A stretch of 64,000 bases of DNA from Ignavibacteriota bacterium (lineage in GTDB: Bacteria; Bacteroidota; Ignavibacteria; UBA10030), in contig PLMK01000006.1 in the NCBI GenBank assembly GCA_003142475.1, positions 10,225 through 74,224 on the forward strand, in the 5' to 3' direction. Within the stretch, counting starts at the first letter, position 1, and every line of letters starts with the position of its first letter. A model generated the notes under the pieces. That model did no database searches. It was not told where the DNA came from and saw only the letters and a list, made by a program, of their open reading frames with translations. A program made the translations under genes and the position numbers. Shown one piece after another: positions 20,327 to 28,972 of the stretch.

Positions 20327-20404
20327 AATCCCAACTCCAGCGACTGCTACACATGCTCCAATGATAGCACGCCAAGAGAGCTTCTCGTGAAATAGAATCC
20401 ATAC
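20309..20404. repeat. 96-bp direct repeat, copy 2 (functional convergent 3' ends of the sensor and EamA genes)
   Basis: See copy 1. Covers the 15-bp convergent overlap of 17504..20326 and 20312..21202. Confidence 0.8.
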
Positions 20405-21202
20405 AGTCGGAAGCATAAGAATAGGAACTGTTGCCATAATCGTTGCTGCAACAGCGACAGTTGTTGATGAAATGGCAATGAGGCTGAATGTTACACCAAG
20501 ATATGGGCCAAGGAACGCACCCAGCATTGTGAAATTGAATGCTTTCTGGTCATCTCTGAATACTATAAAAGGGTGTGTAAATCGTCCCGCATAATAATTC
20601 AACGGCAGCAGTACGATGGTAGCGGCAACAGCTCGAATAAAAGTCGCAATAAATCCATTAATTTCTCCTAACGCAAAAGCCTTTTTTGCCAATATAAGTC
20701 CACCAGCCTGACCCGCCGCACCAAGGAGAGCGTACCATAAACCAGTCATAGATATCGGAGTATGATGTGAAGATGGTTCTCTTCGTTCTAGGATAACAAG
20801 AGCAATACCGCCAAGAGTGATGATCATTCCAAGAATAGCTGTGGACGAAAGTGTTTCTTGAAGAAAAAAATACGCAAATACCGCAGTGATAGCGGGTGCC
20901 GTTGACATTATGAGCATACTAATTCGCGCATCGTTATATTCGTACGATTTAAAAAGAAACGTATCGCCGAAAACAAACCCAATTAAACCACTAATGGAAA
21001 GAAACATCACCTGTACAGCAGATACATTCACCTTAATATCGCAAACGACGATAGTCGCAAATAAGAAAACAACCGCCGCAATAAGCCGCACAACATTTAC
21101 GTACACAGAACCGACACGCGTAGTTCCTGCAGCAAAAGCAAGCGCGCTTCCTGTCCACATCACGGCTGTTATAAGAGCGCTTAATTCCCCGGTGTATGAC
21201 AT
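20312..21202 (-). CDS. EamA/DMT-family transporter
   Basis: Ten predicted transmembrane helices with two EamA-like halves. 296 aa. Confidence 0.8.
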   Translation of the reverse strand: MSYTGELSALITAVMWTGSALAFAAGTTRVGSVYVNVVRLIAAVVFLFATIVVCDIKVNVSAVQVMFLSISGLIGFVFGDTFLFKSYEYNDARISMLIMSTAPAITAVFAYFFLQETLSSTAILGMIITLGGIALVILERREPSSHHTPISMTGLWYALLGAAGQAGGLILAKKAFALGEINGFIATFIRAVAATIVLLPLNYYAGRFTHPFIVFRDDQKAFNFTMLGAFLGPYLGVTFSLIAISSTTVAVAATIMATVPILMLPTVWILFHEKLSWRAIIGACVAVAGVGILFLR

Positions 21203-21357
21203 ACGATTAAAAATTTGTTTTCAAGTGGCATTGATTAAAAAGTGCATGCAAGGTAGGAAATTCTCCAACGAAAAGCAGGTAATCACAAATCAACCTGCTT
21301 TGAGAATTCGATGTAATCATTTTTTCTGGTTGCAGACTTCCTTACAGATAACGTTCT

Positions 21358-22149
21358 TCAAGTTTTTCTCTTTTGTTGAACTTTTTTTACTAGCTTCCCA
21401 GGGAATGATCGCGGCAAAAATCGGACTACTTGAGTACCAAGCCAATTTTTCCATCCTGAAATAACAAGCGGCTTTCCTTTCATCAACCCTTTATACCCGT
21501 CAAGCGCAACCTCTTGAGAATCCATCGACAACATACCGCCCATAAGTATTTCATTTGTAAAACCAGCTCTCTTTCCAAATCCTGTAGCTGTCGGGCCGGG
21601 ACAAAGCGTTGTAACTGTTATGCCTGTTCCTCGCAATTCTTCCGACAATGCCTCTGAGAAGCTTAGCACATAAGCTTTTGATGCATAGTATATAGCCATC
21701 AGCGGACCGGGTTGAAACGCGGCTGTCGATGCAACATTTAATATTTTTCCGCGCTTTCGTTCAATCATTCCTGGCAATAAGAGCCGTGTGAGATGTGTAA
21801 GCGCTATAATGTTCACTTGAATCATTTCCAAAGCATTAGTAAGTTCCATTTGTGCAAACTCACCGCGCCAACCAAAACCAGCATTGTTGACAAGTACATC
21901 AATGTTAATCATCTCACTTTTAAGTGATCGGACAATTTCATCTGATGCGGATGAAACAGATAAATCTTTAGAATAATATTTTACTTGTATGTTATATGTT
22001 TTTTCTAATTCATCAGCAATAGTTTTCAATTTATCATAACTGCGTGCAATAAGAACAAGATTGTACCCGTCACGCGCAAAAAGTTTTACCAACTCCAAGC
22101 CAATCCCGCCTGAGGCACCTGTAATGAGCGCAATAGGTTTTATATTCAT
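21358..22149 (-). CDS. SDR-family short-chain dehydrogenase/reductase
   Basis: TGASGGIGLELV Rossmann motif and YYASKAYVLSFSEAL catalytic YxxxK. Confidence 0.85.
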   Translation of the reverse strand: MNIKPIALITGASGGIGLELVKLFARDGYNLVLIARSYDKLKTIADELEKTYNIQVKYYSKDLSVSSASDEIVRSLKSEMINIDVLVNNAGFGWRGEFAQMELTNALEMIQVNIIALTHLTRLLLPGMIERKRGKILNVASTAAFQPGPLMAIYYASKAYVLSFSEALSEELRGTGITVTTLCPGPTATGFGKRAGFTNEILMGGMLSMDSQEVALDGYKGLMKGKPLVISGWKNWLGTQVVRFLPRSFPGKLVKKVQQKRKT

Positions 22150-22181
22150 AATAATTCCTTATTAATTACGTGTCAATTTCG

Positions 22182-23609
22182 TTACTTCACATACATCTCG
22201 ATCATCCGTTCAATAGCTGCGGCACAGACAGGATCAAAGTCCACCGGGTTCAAAGCAAACATCTTGCAGTCTATAGCAGGACGATACATGTCTTTCGACG
22301 TGTATCCTGAACCTTCAAATGCGCCGACGATTCCATTCCATTGAGGATTTTTTAGAATTTCGTTTGAACTTTTTAATAATCCTTCACGCTTCTCATAGTA
22401 ATCGGAAGCAAGACGGTCTAAATTACCTCTCAATGTCTCAATGCTATCGTACTTTGTTTTTTGCCAAGGTGTTGGAACTGGTGTGTCCAATGAAATAAAG
22501 TTGTGCCATTTTAAATTTTCTTTTGTATTCGTGCGCGTTACATTGGGTTCCCACGGTTCAACACCCTTCGGATAGAAGTCAACATATGAAACCTGCGAGC
22601 TGTAATATTCGTCGCCTAATCCGCCAAAGCAATGGCCAAATTCATGTACATAGACATAGTCCATTTCCGATTCTTGTCCGGCCTTTACAGGTTTCGTAAA
22701 GCAGGTTGTGTAGAGATTGAAGATTCCACCACCGCCATAACGGTTATCGTTCACAAGAATCGTAATAAAATCGTAAGGCGCTACATCAGCGATATCACGT
22801 AACACTCGATTTTCTTCCGTTAAAACGTACCGTGCAGAACCAAATGTGTTGTACATCGTGCCAAGTGCTGTATGTTTCCAAACATTTTGATCCGGTTTAT
22901 CGATGCCGGAATCGTCCGAGATCACTTCCATTGCACGAACGTTGAAATCATTTTTGTGTTTTTTAAATGGCTGGTACGAAAAAAGTTGTTCGGTAAAATG
23001 CTTCGCGTCCTTCCTGAATTTCTCAATGTCTCCTTTTGCATAGCCATCACCGAGGACAAGGATATCCACTTTCTTTTCAATCGAACCGTTGATCATGACA
23101 TCAAATATTTTATACGGGCTCTGCCTTTTTTCCCGATTAATTGCGGTTGGTGAATTTGGATCAACGATGAACGATGCAACTTCTCGGAACGTCATCATCT
23201 CGCCGACCGCTACAAATTTATCGCGTCTGAAAAAGCTGATAATAACTTTTTGTTTCGGAAATGGTAACCGAACAGTTTCATGAAATGTCCGCCACGATCC
23301 GCTCAACGCTTCTTCCGTGGTTTGCCATTCACCAAATACTGTTGAATAACCGCGTGAATAAAGAAGCAAATTAGTTTGAAGATCGCTTACCTTCACAAAA
23401 CAATCGCCGAGATTGAGTGTATCGAGCAAATTCACTTTGCTGCCGGGCCAGTCGCTTTCTTCGTACACACGATCCAGTGTGATTTGTTCTTGTCCTTTTG
23501 TGCCGATGTGATAGTAATCCACACGCATAGTGGAATTGGTAAAATATTTATCGTAGTTCTGAGCGAAGGAAAGGGAAATTGTGAAGAAAAGAAGGAATAA
23601 CATTTTCAT
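22182..23609 (-). CDS. secreted zinc metallopeptidase, M64 (IgA-peptidase-like) family
   Basis: Signal peptide and a HEFGHCFGGLGDEYY HExxH block like M64 peptidases. Size ~475 aa. Confidence 0.5.
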   Translation of the reverse strand: MKMLFLLFFTISLSFAQNYDKYFTNSTMRVDYYHIGTKGQEQITLDRVYEESDWPGSKVNLLDTLNLGDCFVKVSDLQTNLLLYSRGYSTVFGEWQTTEEALSGSWRTFHETVRLPFPKQKVIISFFRRDKFVAVGEMMTFREVASFIVDPNSPTAINREKRQSPYKIFDVMINGSIEKKVDILVLGDGYAKGDIEKFRKDAKHFTEQLFSYQPFKKHKNDFNVRAMEVISDDSGIDKPDQNVWKHTALGTMYNTFGSARYVLTEENRVLRDIADVAPYDFITILVNDNRYGGGGIFNLYTTCFTKPVKAGQESEMDYVYVHEFGHCFGGLGDEYYSSQVSYVDFYPKGVEPWEPNVTRTNTKENLKWHNFISLDTPVPTPWQKTKYDSIETLRGNLDRLASDYYEKREGLLKSSNEILKNPQWNGIVGAFEGSGYTSKDMYRPAIDCKMFALNPVDFDPVCAAAIERMIEMYVK

Positions 23610-23773
23610 ATCTAAATCCCTATTATATAAAATTAGGCAATCATATACTTAACAACCCTTGGGATATAAAGTATATGATTACCGCAAAACCGAGGTAATT
23701 ATGAAAACTCTTCAAGAAATCTCAATAACTGAGATATGGGCAAATACAACAGGCGTATGTAAACCTTCTACTG

Positions 23774-23998
23774 CTAACGCTCTAAGGCTAATAAGCCAAC
23801 GTATTTCGCGAACTCGATATCCTCGATTTCCAAGTAAGCTTTTGTGGCGAATGCGTCGACAGAGTTTATTGAAGGAATTGCATTCGATTTTACAAGCAGA
23901 GTTTCAAGTGCAAGATTCCGCGCCTTTAACTGAATCAAAGCCTTGATTACAAAATCCATTTCAGGAGAATTTGTTTTTGACATAAGACCTCCAACCAT
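23774..23998 (-). CDS. hypothetical small protein
   Basis: ORF only. Helical-looking composition. Overlaps an opposite-strand ORF of similar length. Confidence 0.2.
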   Translation of the reverse strand: MVGGLMSKTNSPEMDFVIKALIQLKARNLALETLLVKSNAIPSINSVDAFATKAYLEIEDIEFAKYVGLLALER

Positions 23999-24187
23999 TG
24001 GTTAAAAAGGATAGTTAATTTATGGGTAATTCTACAACAAAATCCAAGACTTTGATTAAATCAAATGAACGCATAATCAAAGCGATAAGTTTATTAAACA
24101 AGGCGTTAATTCAAAAAAGTATGTTCCTTAGTACATTCTCATTTGACGGAACAACATCAGATGATGGAGGTGTGAAGATAGAAGCCA

Positions 24188-24379
24188 CTATTTGGATTTT
24201 GTCAGACGGTCATAAATTGTCCGATAAACATTAAACACCTTGTCTAACGGACTTTCTACATTGCCAAGCTTTTTTCTCATGTCTTCTGCTATCGCAGATT
24301 GTGGCGTTCGTTCTGGTTTAATAGAAAGGTAAGCAATGGTAAGATTGCTGGCAACGATAGCACGAGTATTTTCATCCAT
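24188..24379 (-). CDS. hypothetical small protein
   Basis: ORF only. Confidence 0.2.
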   Translation of the reverse strand: MDENTRAIVASNLTIAYLSIKPERTPQSAIAEDMRKKLGNVESPLDKVFNVYRTIYDRLTKSK

Positions 24380-24406
24380 AGGGTCTCCTTTGGGTATATT
24401 ATTTAG

Positions 24407-24754
24407 TCATCTATTATTTTGGGAAATAATTTCTCTGAGATTCTCGTTAATTTCGATCAGAACAAATATAGAACCACATGATAATGTTGCGATTATAAAT
24501 CCGCATATAATACCAAGAATAGCACCCGGAAGACCGTTAAAATATGATCCGCCTGCAATGGCACAGAAAAGAATCATAATCCAATATAGGAAGAGCATCA
24601 TAGTATGAAGAGATTCTACAATAAATTTAGCCATGAGAGAGGCCTCTTTGATGGAGTTTGGAAGACAGTGGATTGCGGTAAATATCCATAGAAACAACAG
24701 TAAAATCAAACTAAAAAAAGATAAAATAAATACATTAGGCACTTGACAACCCAT
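24407..24754 (-). CDS. small integral membrane protein (3 transmembrane helices)
   Basis: Hydrophobic helices. Probable start MGCQVP... The longer ORF would abut the transposase start codon. Confidence 0.35.
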   Translation of the reverse strand: MGCQVPNVFILSFFSLILLLFLWIFTAIHCLPNSIKEASLMAKFIVESLHTMMLFLYWIMILFCAIAGGSYFNGLPGAILGIICGFIIATLSCGSIFVLIEINENLREIISQNNR

Positions 24755-24759
24755 AAAAT

Positions 24760-25730
24760 ATGTTGTATATTTTAGGTAGTTAAATAACCTAAGGAACATT
24801 ATGAAAACCGTTGCAAAACATACCGAACCGAAAATACAAAGCTTATTAGATGTTGAAAAAGTATTCCCAGATGAAAAAACATGTATTGAATATATGATTC
24901 AAAAGCGTTGGAACGGTAAGCCAAGATGCCCACACTGTGATAGTGAAAAAGTATATCGCTATTCAGACAACAAGCGGTTCAAGTGCCCCGCTTGTGCTAA
25001 ACAGTTCACAATAAAAATTGGTACCATCTTTGAAGATTCACCTCTTTCATTGCAAAAATGGTTCTTTGCAATATTCTTACTTACAGCACACAAAAAAGGA
25101 ATTTCATCTTGTCAATTGGCAAGAGATATTCATGTAACACAAAAATCAGCATGGTTTATGACTCAAAGAATTCGTGAATTGATGAAAACAAATTCCTTTG
25201 AAAAGAAATTAAACGGAATAGTTGAAGCAGATGAAACTTACGTCGGCGGAAAGAAACATAGTGGCAAACGTGGACGCGGTTCTGAGAACAAAACGCCAGT
25301 ATTCGGAATGGTAGCAAGACAGGGCGACGTAAGGACTATGCCAGTTGAAAGAGTGAACGGCGAAACCTTAAAAGGACTTATCCGAAAGAACGTAGACCTT
25401 AACGCCGTAGTAATGACAGACGAATGGACTGCGTATAATAATCTTTCCAATGAATTCAAACATGAAGTAATCAACCACAGTTCAAAAGAATATGTGAGAG
25501 GCAATATTCACACAAACAACATTGAAAACTTTTGGAGTTTGCTTAAACGCGGTATAGTAGGAATTTATCATCATGTTGATCCTAAACATTTACATCGCTA
25601 TACCGATGAATTTCAGTATCGTTATAATTCAAGAAAAATTACCGACGCAGATAGATTCACGCAAATTTTAAGTCAATGCGAAGGACGCTTGACATATGCA
25701 ACGCTTATTAATAAATAGGTGTTATTATGA
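24760..25730 (+). mobile_element. IS1595-family insertion sequence (ends not resolved)
   Basis: Contains a single IS1595-type transposase gene. Terminal inverted repeats could not be identified by eye, so boundaries are approximate. Confidence 0.5.
24801..25718 (+). CDS. IS1595-family transposase
   Basis: N-terminal zinc-ribbon (CPHCDSEKVYRY...KCPACAKQF), then ...SLQKWFFAIFLLTAHKKGISSCQLARDIHVTQKSAWFMTQRIRE... and a DDE core (VEADETYVGG...MTDEW). 305 aa. Confidence 0.85.
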   Translation: MKTVAKHTEPKIQSLLDVEKVFPDEKTCIEYMIQKRWNGKPRCPHCDSEKVYRYSDNKRFKCPACAKQFTIKIGTIFEDSPLSLQKWFFAIFLLTAHKKGISSCQLARDIHVTQKSAWFMTQRIRELMKTNSFEKKLNGIVEADETYVGGKKHSGKRGRGSENKTPVFGMVARQGDVRTMPVERVNGETLKGLIRKNVDLNAVVMTDEWTAYNNLSNEFKHEVINHSSKEYVRGNIHTNNIENFWSLLKRGIVGIYHHVDPKHLHRYTDEFQYRYNSRKITDADRFTQILSQCEGRLTYATLINK

Positions 25731-26230
25731 AACATCAAAAAACAAACGAAGAGAAATTCCCTTCTGTAAAATACGCTTATGAACTTTCGCTTCAATCTTA
25801 TGATTGGGCGATTAAACGGTTAGATGCGATAGATAATACTATTGCAAGTTTCACAGGATGGATAACGACAATAAATCTTGCTTTAATTACATTGGTGTCG
25901 TCGAGATTTGTTCAAAGTGCGACACAATATTCACCTTTTAAATCCTGTTTATTTTACACCGCGATGGAATTGTTGTTCGTAACGATTATCTATGCTATAA
26001 TTGTGAAAGCAAGAGGATATTTAATCTTAATTACACCAAAACAGCTTTATAATAAATCCCTTCGTTTTTCGGAATGGGAGTTTAAAAGGACGGTAATTGA
26101 AAATGCTAAGAATCATTTTGAGCGAAACAAAGCACTGGTGAATCGTAAGAGTGTTCATCTTACCGTAATCACTCTTTTATTTTTTATAGAAATAATATTA
26201 CTGGTGTTATGGATTGTCCAGATCGGGTAA
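25727..26230 (+). CDS. hypothetical membrane protein (possible IS passenger)
   Basis: Three transmembrane helices. Starts 9 nt after the transposase stop. Confidence 0.4.
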   Translation: MKHQKTNEEKFPSVKYAYELSLQSYDWAIKRLDAIDNTIASFTGWITTINLALITLVSSRFVQSATQYSPFKSCLFYTAMELLFVTIIYAIIVKARGYLILITPKQLYNKSLRFSEWEFKRTVIENAKNHFERNKALVNRKSVHLTVITLLFFIEIILLVLWIVQIG

Positions 26231-26592
26231 ATCATCTATATTGGCAGAGAGACTTTTTATCACTTCGCCTAATTCAACGTGATTTTCAGGAGGAGATTTT
26301 TCCTCTTGAACGGATTCTTCGGGAATATCTTTTGAATCATCATCACTCATAATAACCTCAAGGATATATGAAAAAAGTTAAACGAAATAAAAAACAAACT
26401 AAGAAGCGGAACAAAGAATACCAAAAGCCGCTTCATATAGATATGCCCTTTGAAGAGGCATTATCTGTAATAGTAAAAGCAAAGCCGACTAAGAAATGAT
26501 TGAAAAGCATATTATAATGCAACAATATAGCTCTAATCCTAAGGGTAGTCAAGTATATGATTGCCTAAATATTTATCTCGTAGAGAAACAAT

Positions 26593-26616
26593 AACGCCCT
26601 CTCTCAAGAGGGCGTT
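26593..26616. terminator. stem-loop terminator
   Basis: aacgccctct-ctca-agagggcgtt: perfect 10-bp stem with 4-nt loop. Confidence 0.5.
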
Positions 26617-26705
26617 AGAAATTCGTTATTAGGAGGCTCACCCGGCCTATCTCCAAATATTTTTCGCTTTTTCCTTTTCACTTAATATCTTATACTTGAA
26701 TTATT

Positions 26706-28127
26706 ATGGGACCAATAAAGACAGATGTGATCGTTATCGGCGAAGGCATTACCGGACTTTGTATTGCTTACTGGTTGAAGAAACGCGGCATCAATGTTAC
26801 CGTGCTCGCAAAAGATAGTGAAGTGGGTGGAACAATGAAGTCGGTGCAGGAGCAGGGTTTTCTGTATGAAACTGGGGCAAACACCGCGCTGGAAACAACG
26901 TCTCATTTCAAAGAACTTGTTTCCGACTTGAAGTTGGAATCGGAATTTATCTACGCCAACCCGGAAGGCAAGAATCGTTATATACTTCGTGATAATGTTT
27001 TACACTCGATGCCGTTAGGCCCCGGTTCTTTTTTCTTTACCAGACTTTTTTCCACTGCCGCAAAATTTCGTGTGATGAAAGAACCATTCATTGGCCGCGC
27101 AGAGAACGAAGAAAGTATTGCCGAGTTTGTTGAACGAAGATTGGGACGCGAATTTCTCGACTATGCCATCGATCCGTTCGTGGCAGGTGTTTTTGCCGGC
27201 AAGACAGAACAATTAAGCGTACGATCTGCTTTTCCCAAACTGTATGCGCTGGAAGAAAAGTACGGCGGATTGGTAAAGGGTATGATCAAAGGCGCGCAGG
27301 AAAGAAAACAACGGGCAGAGAAAGCAAAAGATCGAGCTGAAATTTTTTCATTCGTTAGCGGAATGCAAACATTACCGCAAGCTATAGGTAATTCACTTGG
27401 CAAGGTGATTTTTTTTAACGCAAAAGTAACCGGTATTCGTAACCTGACTACTGAACGTAATGAACCATCTGATGATCCAGATGCGCGGCGTTATCTTGTT
27501 GAGTACCTCTACAATGGCAAAGAGGAAGAAATAGAAGCAAACGTTGTCATCTTTGCCATTCCAGCATACGATGCTGCACCTATCATCAAATCATTATCGG
27601 TGGAAACAGCGAATGTGTTGTCGTCCATTTATTACTCTCCGGTTATCTCTGTATTCTTGGGTGTGAAGCGAGAAGATGTTCGACATAAGTTGGATGGTTT
27701 TGGATTTCTTATCCCATCAAAGGAAAAGCGAAATATCCTTGGTTGTTTGTGGAATTCGTGTTTATTCGGCAATCGTGCGCCTGCTGGAATGGCTGCGTTA
27801 AATGTTTTCGTTGGTGGTGCTCGACAGCCAGAATTGACCGGTTTGAACGATGGACAAATTATTCAAGAAACGCTTGATGAACTAAAATCTATTATGCAAT
27901 TTTCAGGAAAACCCGTATATTTGAATATAACGCGCTGGCAAAAATCTATTCCACAATACGAAATAGGTTACCAGCGGAAAATGGATATGCTCGCTAAATT
28001 TGAAGAATCCAACCAAGGTGTTTTGCTGGCTGGAAACTATCGAGGCGGCATTTCGGTTGGCGATTGTGTGAAAAATGCATTTGAGATTGCAGAGGACGTT
28101 TCCTCGCAGGTACTCTCAACACGTTAG
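26706..28127 (+). CDS. hemY: FAD-dependent protoporphyrinogen oxidase (HemY/PgoX family)
   Basis: N-terminal dinucleotide-binding VIVIGEGITGLCIAYWL, ~470 aa, C-terminal ...WQKSIPQYEIGY... block typical of protoporphyrinogen oxidase (PPOX). Confidence 0.65.
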   Translation: MGPIKTDVIVIGEGITGLCIAYWLKKRGINVTVLAKDSEVGGTMKSVQEQGFLYETGANTALETTSHFKELVSDLKLESEFIYANPEGKNRYILRDNVLHSMPLGPGSFFFTRLFSTAAKFRVMKEPFIGRAENEESIAEFVERRLGREFLDYAIDPFVAGVFAGKTEQLSVRSAFPKLYALEEKYGGLVKGMIKGAQERKQRAEKAKDRAEIFSFVSGMQTLPQAIGNSLGKVIFFNAKVTGIRNLTTERNEPSDDPDARRYLVEYLYNGKEEEIEANVVIFAIPAYDAAPIIKSLSVETANVLSSIYYSPVISVFLGVKREDVRHKLDGFGFLIPSKEKRNILGCLWNSCLFGNRAPAGMAALNVFVGGARQPELTGLNDGQIIQETLDELKSIMQFSGKPVYLNITRWQKSIPQYEIGYQRKMDMLAKFEESNQGVLLAGNYRGGISVGDCVKNAFEIAEDVSSQVLSTR

Positions 28128-28161
28128 ACTTTGTTTGATGTTATCCTTGAAAGGATTAAAT

Positions 28162-28866
28162 ATGAAAAAAAATATCGCACTTTTCGTTTCATTGTTTAGT
28201 TTTATTACCACCGCAACACTAATGGCGCAGGTACCACAGCCGGTGTATCAAGATGAAGATACTCCACCTGAATCATTCACAATCCTTCTGAAAGATGAAT
28301 GGGCCTACTTGCGTGACGCCGTTGCCCAATTAAAAAAGGAAACAGAAGTAAGAGACGAATTTGAAACGACACCGGAATTTCAAGCACGTGCGGTTCGTTC
28401 TCGTGATTCCCTTCAAAGTAAACTGGATAAGCACCTCCAAGAGACAAAGTTAGATCACAGAATTTTTGGTTTGTGGTTTAAAGCAACACTCGTATCATAC
28501 AACGCGGACGCGGGAATATATTCTGTGAAATGTACGGCGACTGTCGAAGCACCTTACAGCATTCCAAGCGTGGATTGTATTGTTCCATCTAATCCGTATG
28601 TTGATTTAGCAGACAGTATTCGAGGCGGTTATCGGTCATCGAGCATCTTTATGAAGTTTAATCCGGATTTTGAGTGGAAAGTTGGAAGAGGTGAAGCGCG
28701 ATCAGCAAAAGGAAACGAAGCCAACATATTTTTTAAAATTCATTTTATCGTAGGCTTGACGCAGGAAAGATCTGCCAATCATGGACAATTGAAAATAATC
28801 CCCAAAGATATTTCATTGATGAATCGAAGCAATAATTATGTGTATTGGAAAGAAGAAATAAGGTAG
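28162..28866 (+). CDS. hypothetical secreted protein
   Basis: Signal peptide MKKNIALFVSLFSFITTATLMAQ. The track ORF extends to 28075, but the signal-peptide Met is more plausible. Confidence 0.45.
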   Translation: MKKNIALFVSLFSFITTATLMAQVPQPVYQDEDTPPESFTILLKDEWAYLRDAVAQLKKETEVRDEFETTPEFQARAVRSRDSLQSKLDKHLQETKLDHRIFGLWFKATLVSYNADAGIYSVKCTATVEAPYSIPSVDCIVPSNPYVDLADSIRGGYRSSSIFMKFNPDFEWKVGRGEARSAKGNEANIFFKIHFIVGLTQERSANHGQLKIIPKDISLMNRSNNYVYWKEEIR

Positions 28867-28889
28867 GGACGAAGAAAGTAATTGAATAG

Positions 28890-28924
28890 AATACAATGGG
28901 CGGCTTCAAGCCGCCCATTGTATT
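28890..28924. terminator. bidirectional rho-independent terminator (perfect 15-bp palindrome)
   Basis: aatacaatgggcggc-ttcaa-gccgcccattgtatt followed by tttc. Sits between convergent genes. Confidence 0.75.
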
Positions 28925-28972
28925 TTCAAAAAGATGATCTGCAAAATTCTCTAATCTAAAACGGGAAAGTTT

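Noticed and set aside
23659-23946. 95-aa plus-strand ORF overlapping the 23774..23998 minus-strand ORF
   Set aside because: Arg-rich, low-complexity translation (…RISRTRYPRFPSKLLWRMRRQ…) looks like a non-coding frame. It is kept only as a note.
24760-25730. Attempt to define IS1595 terminal inverted repeats and target-site duplication
   Set aside because: Only weak, ambiguous matches were found (a cctaagg/gggtag direct similarity at 24785 and 26541), so ends are given as approximate.
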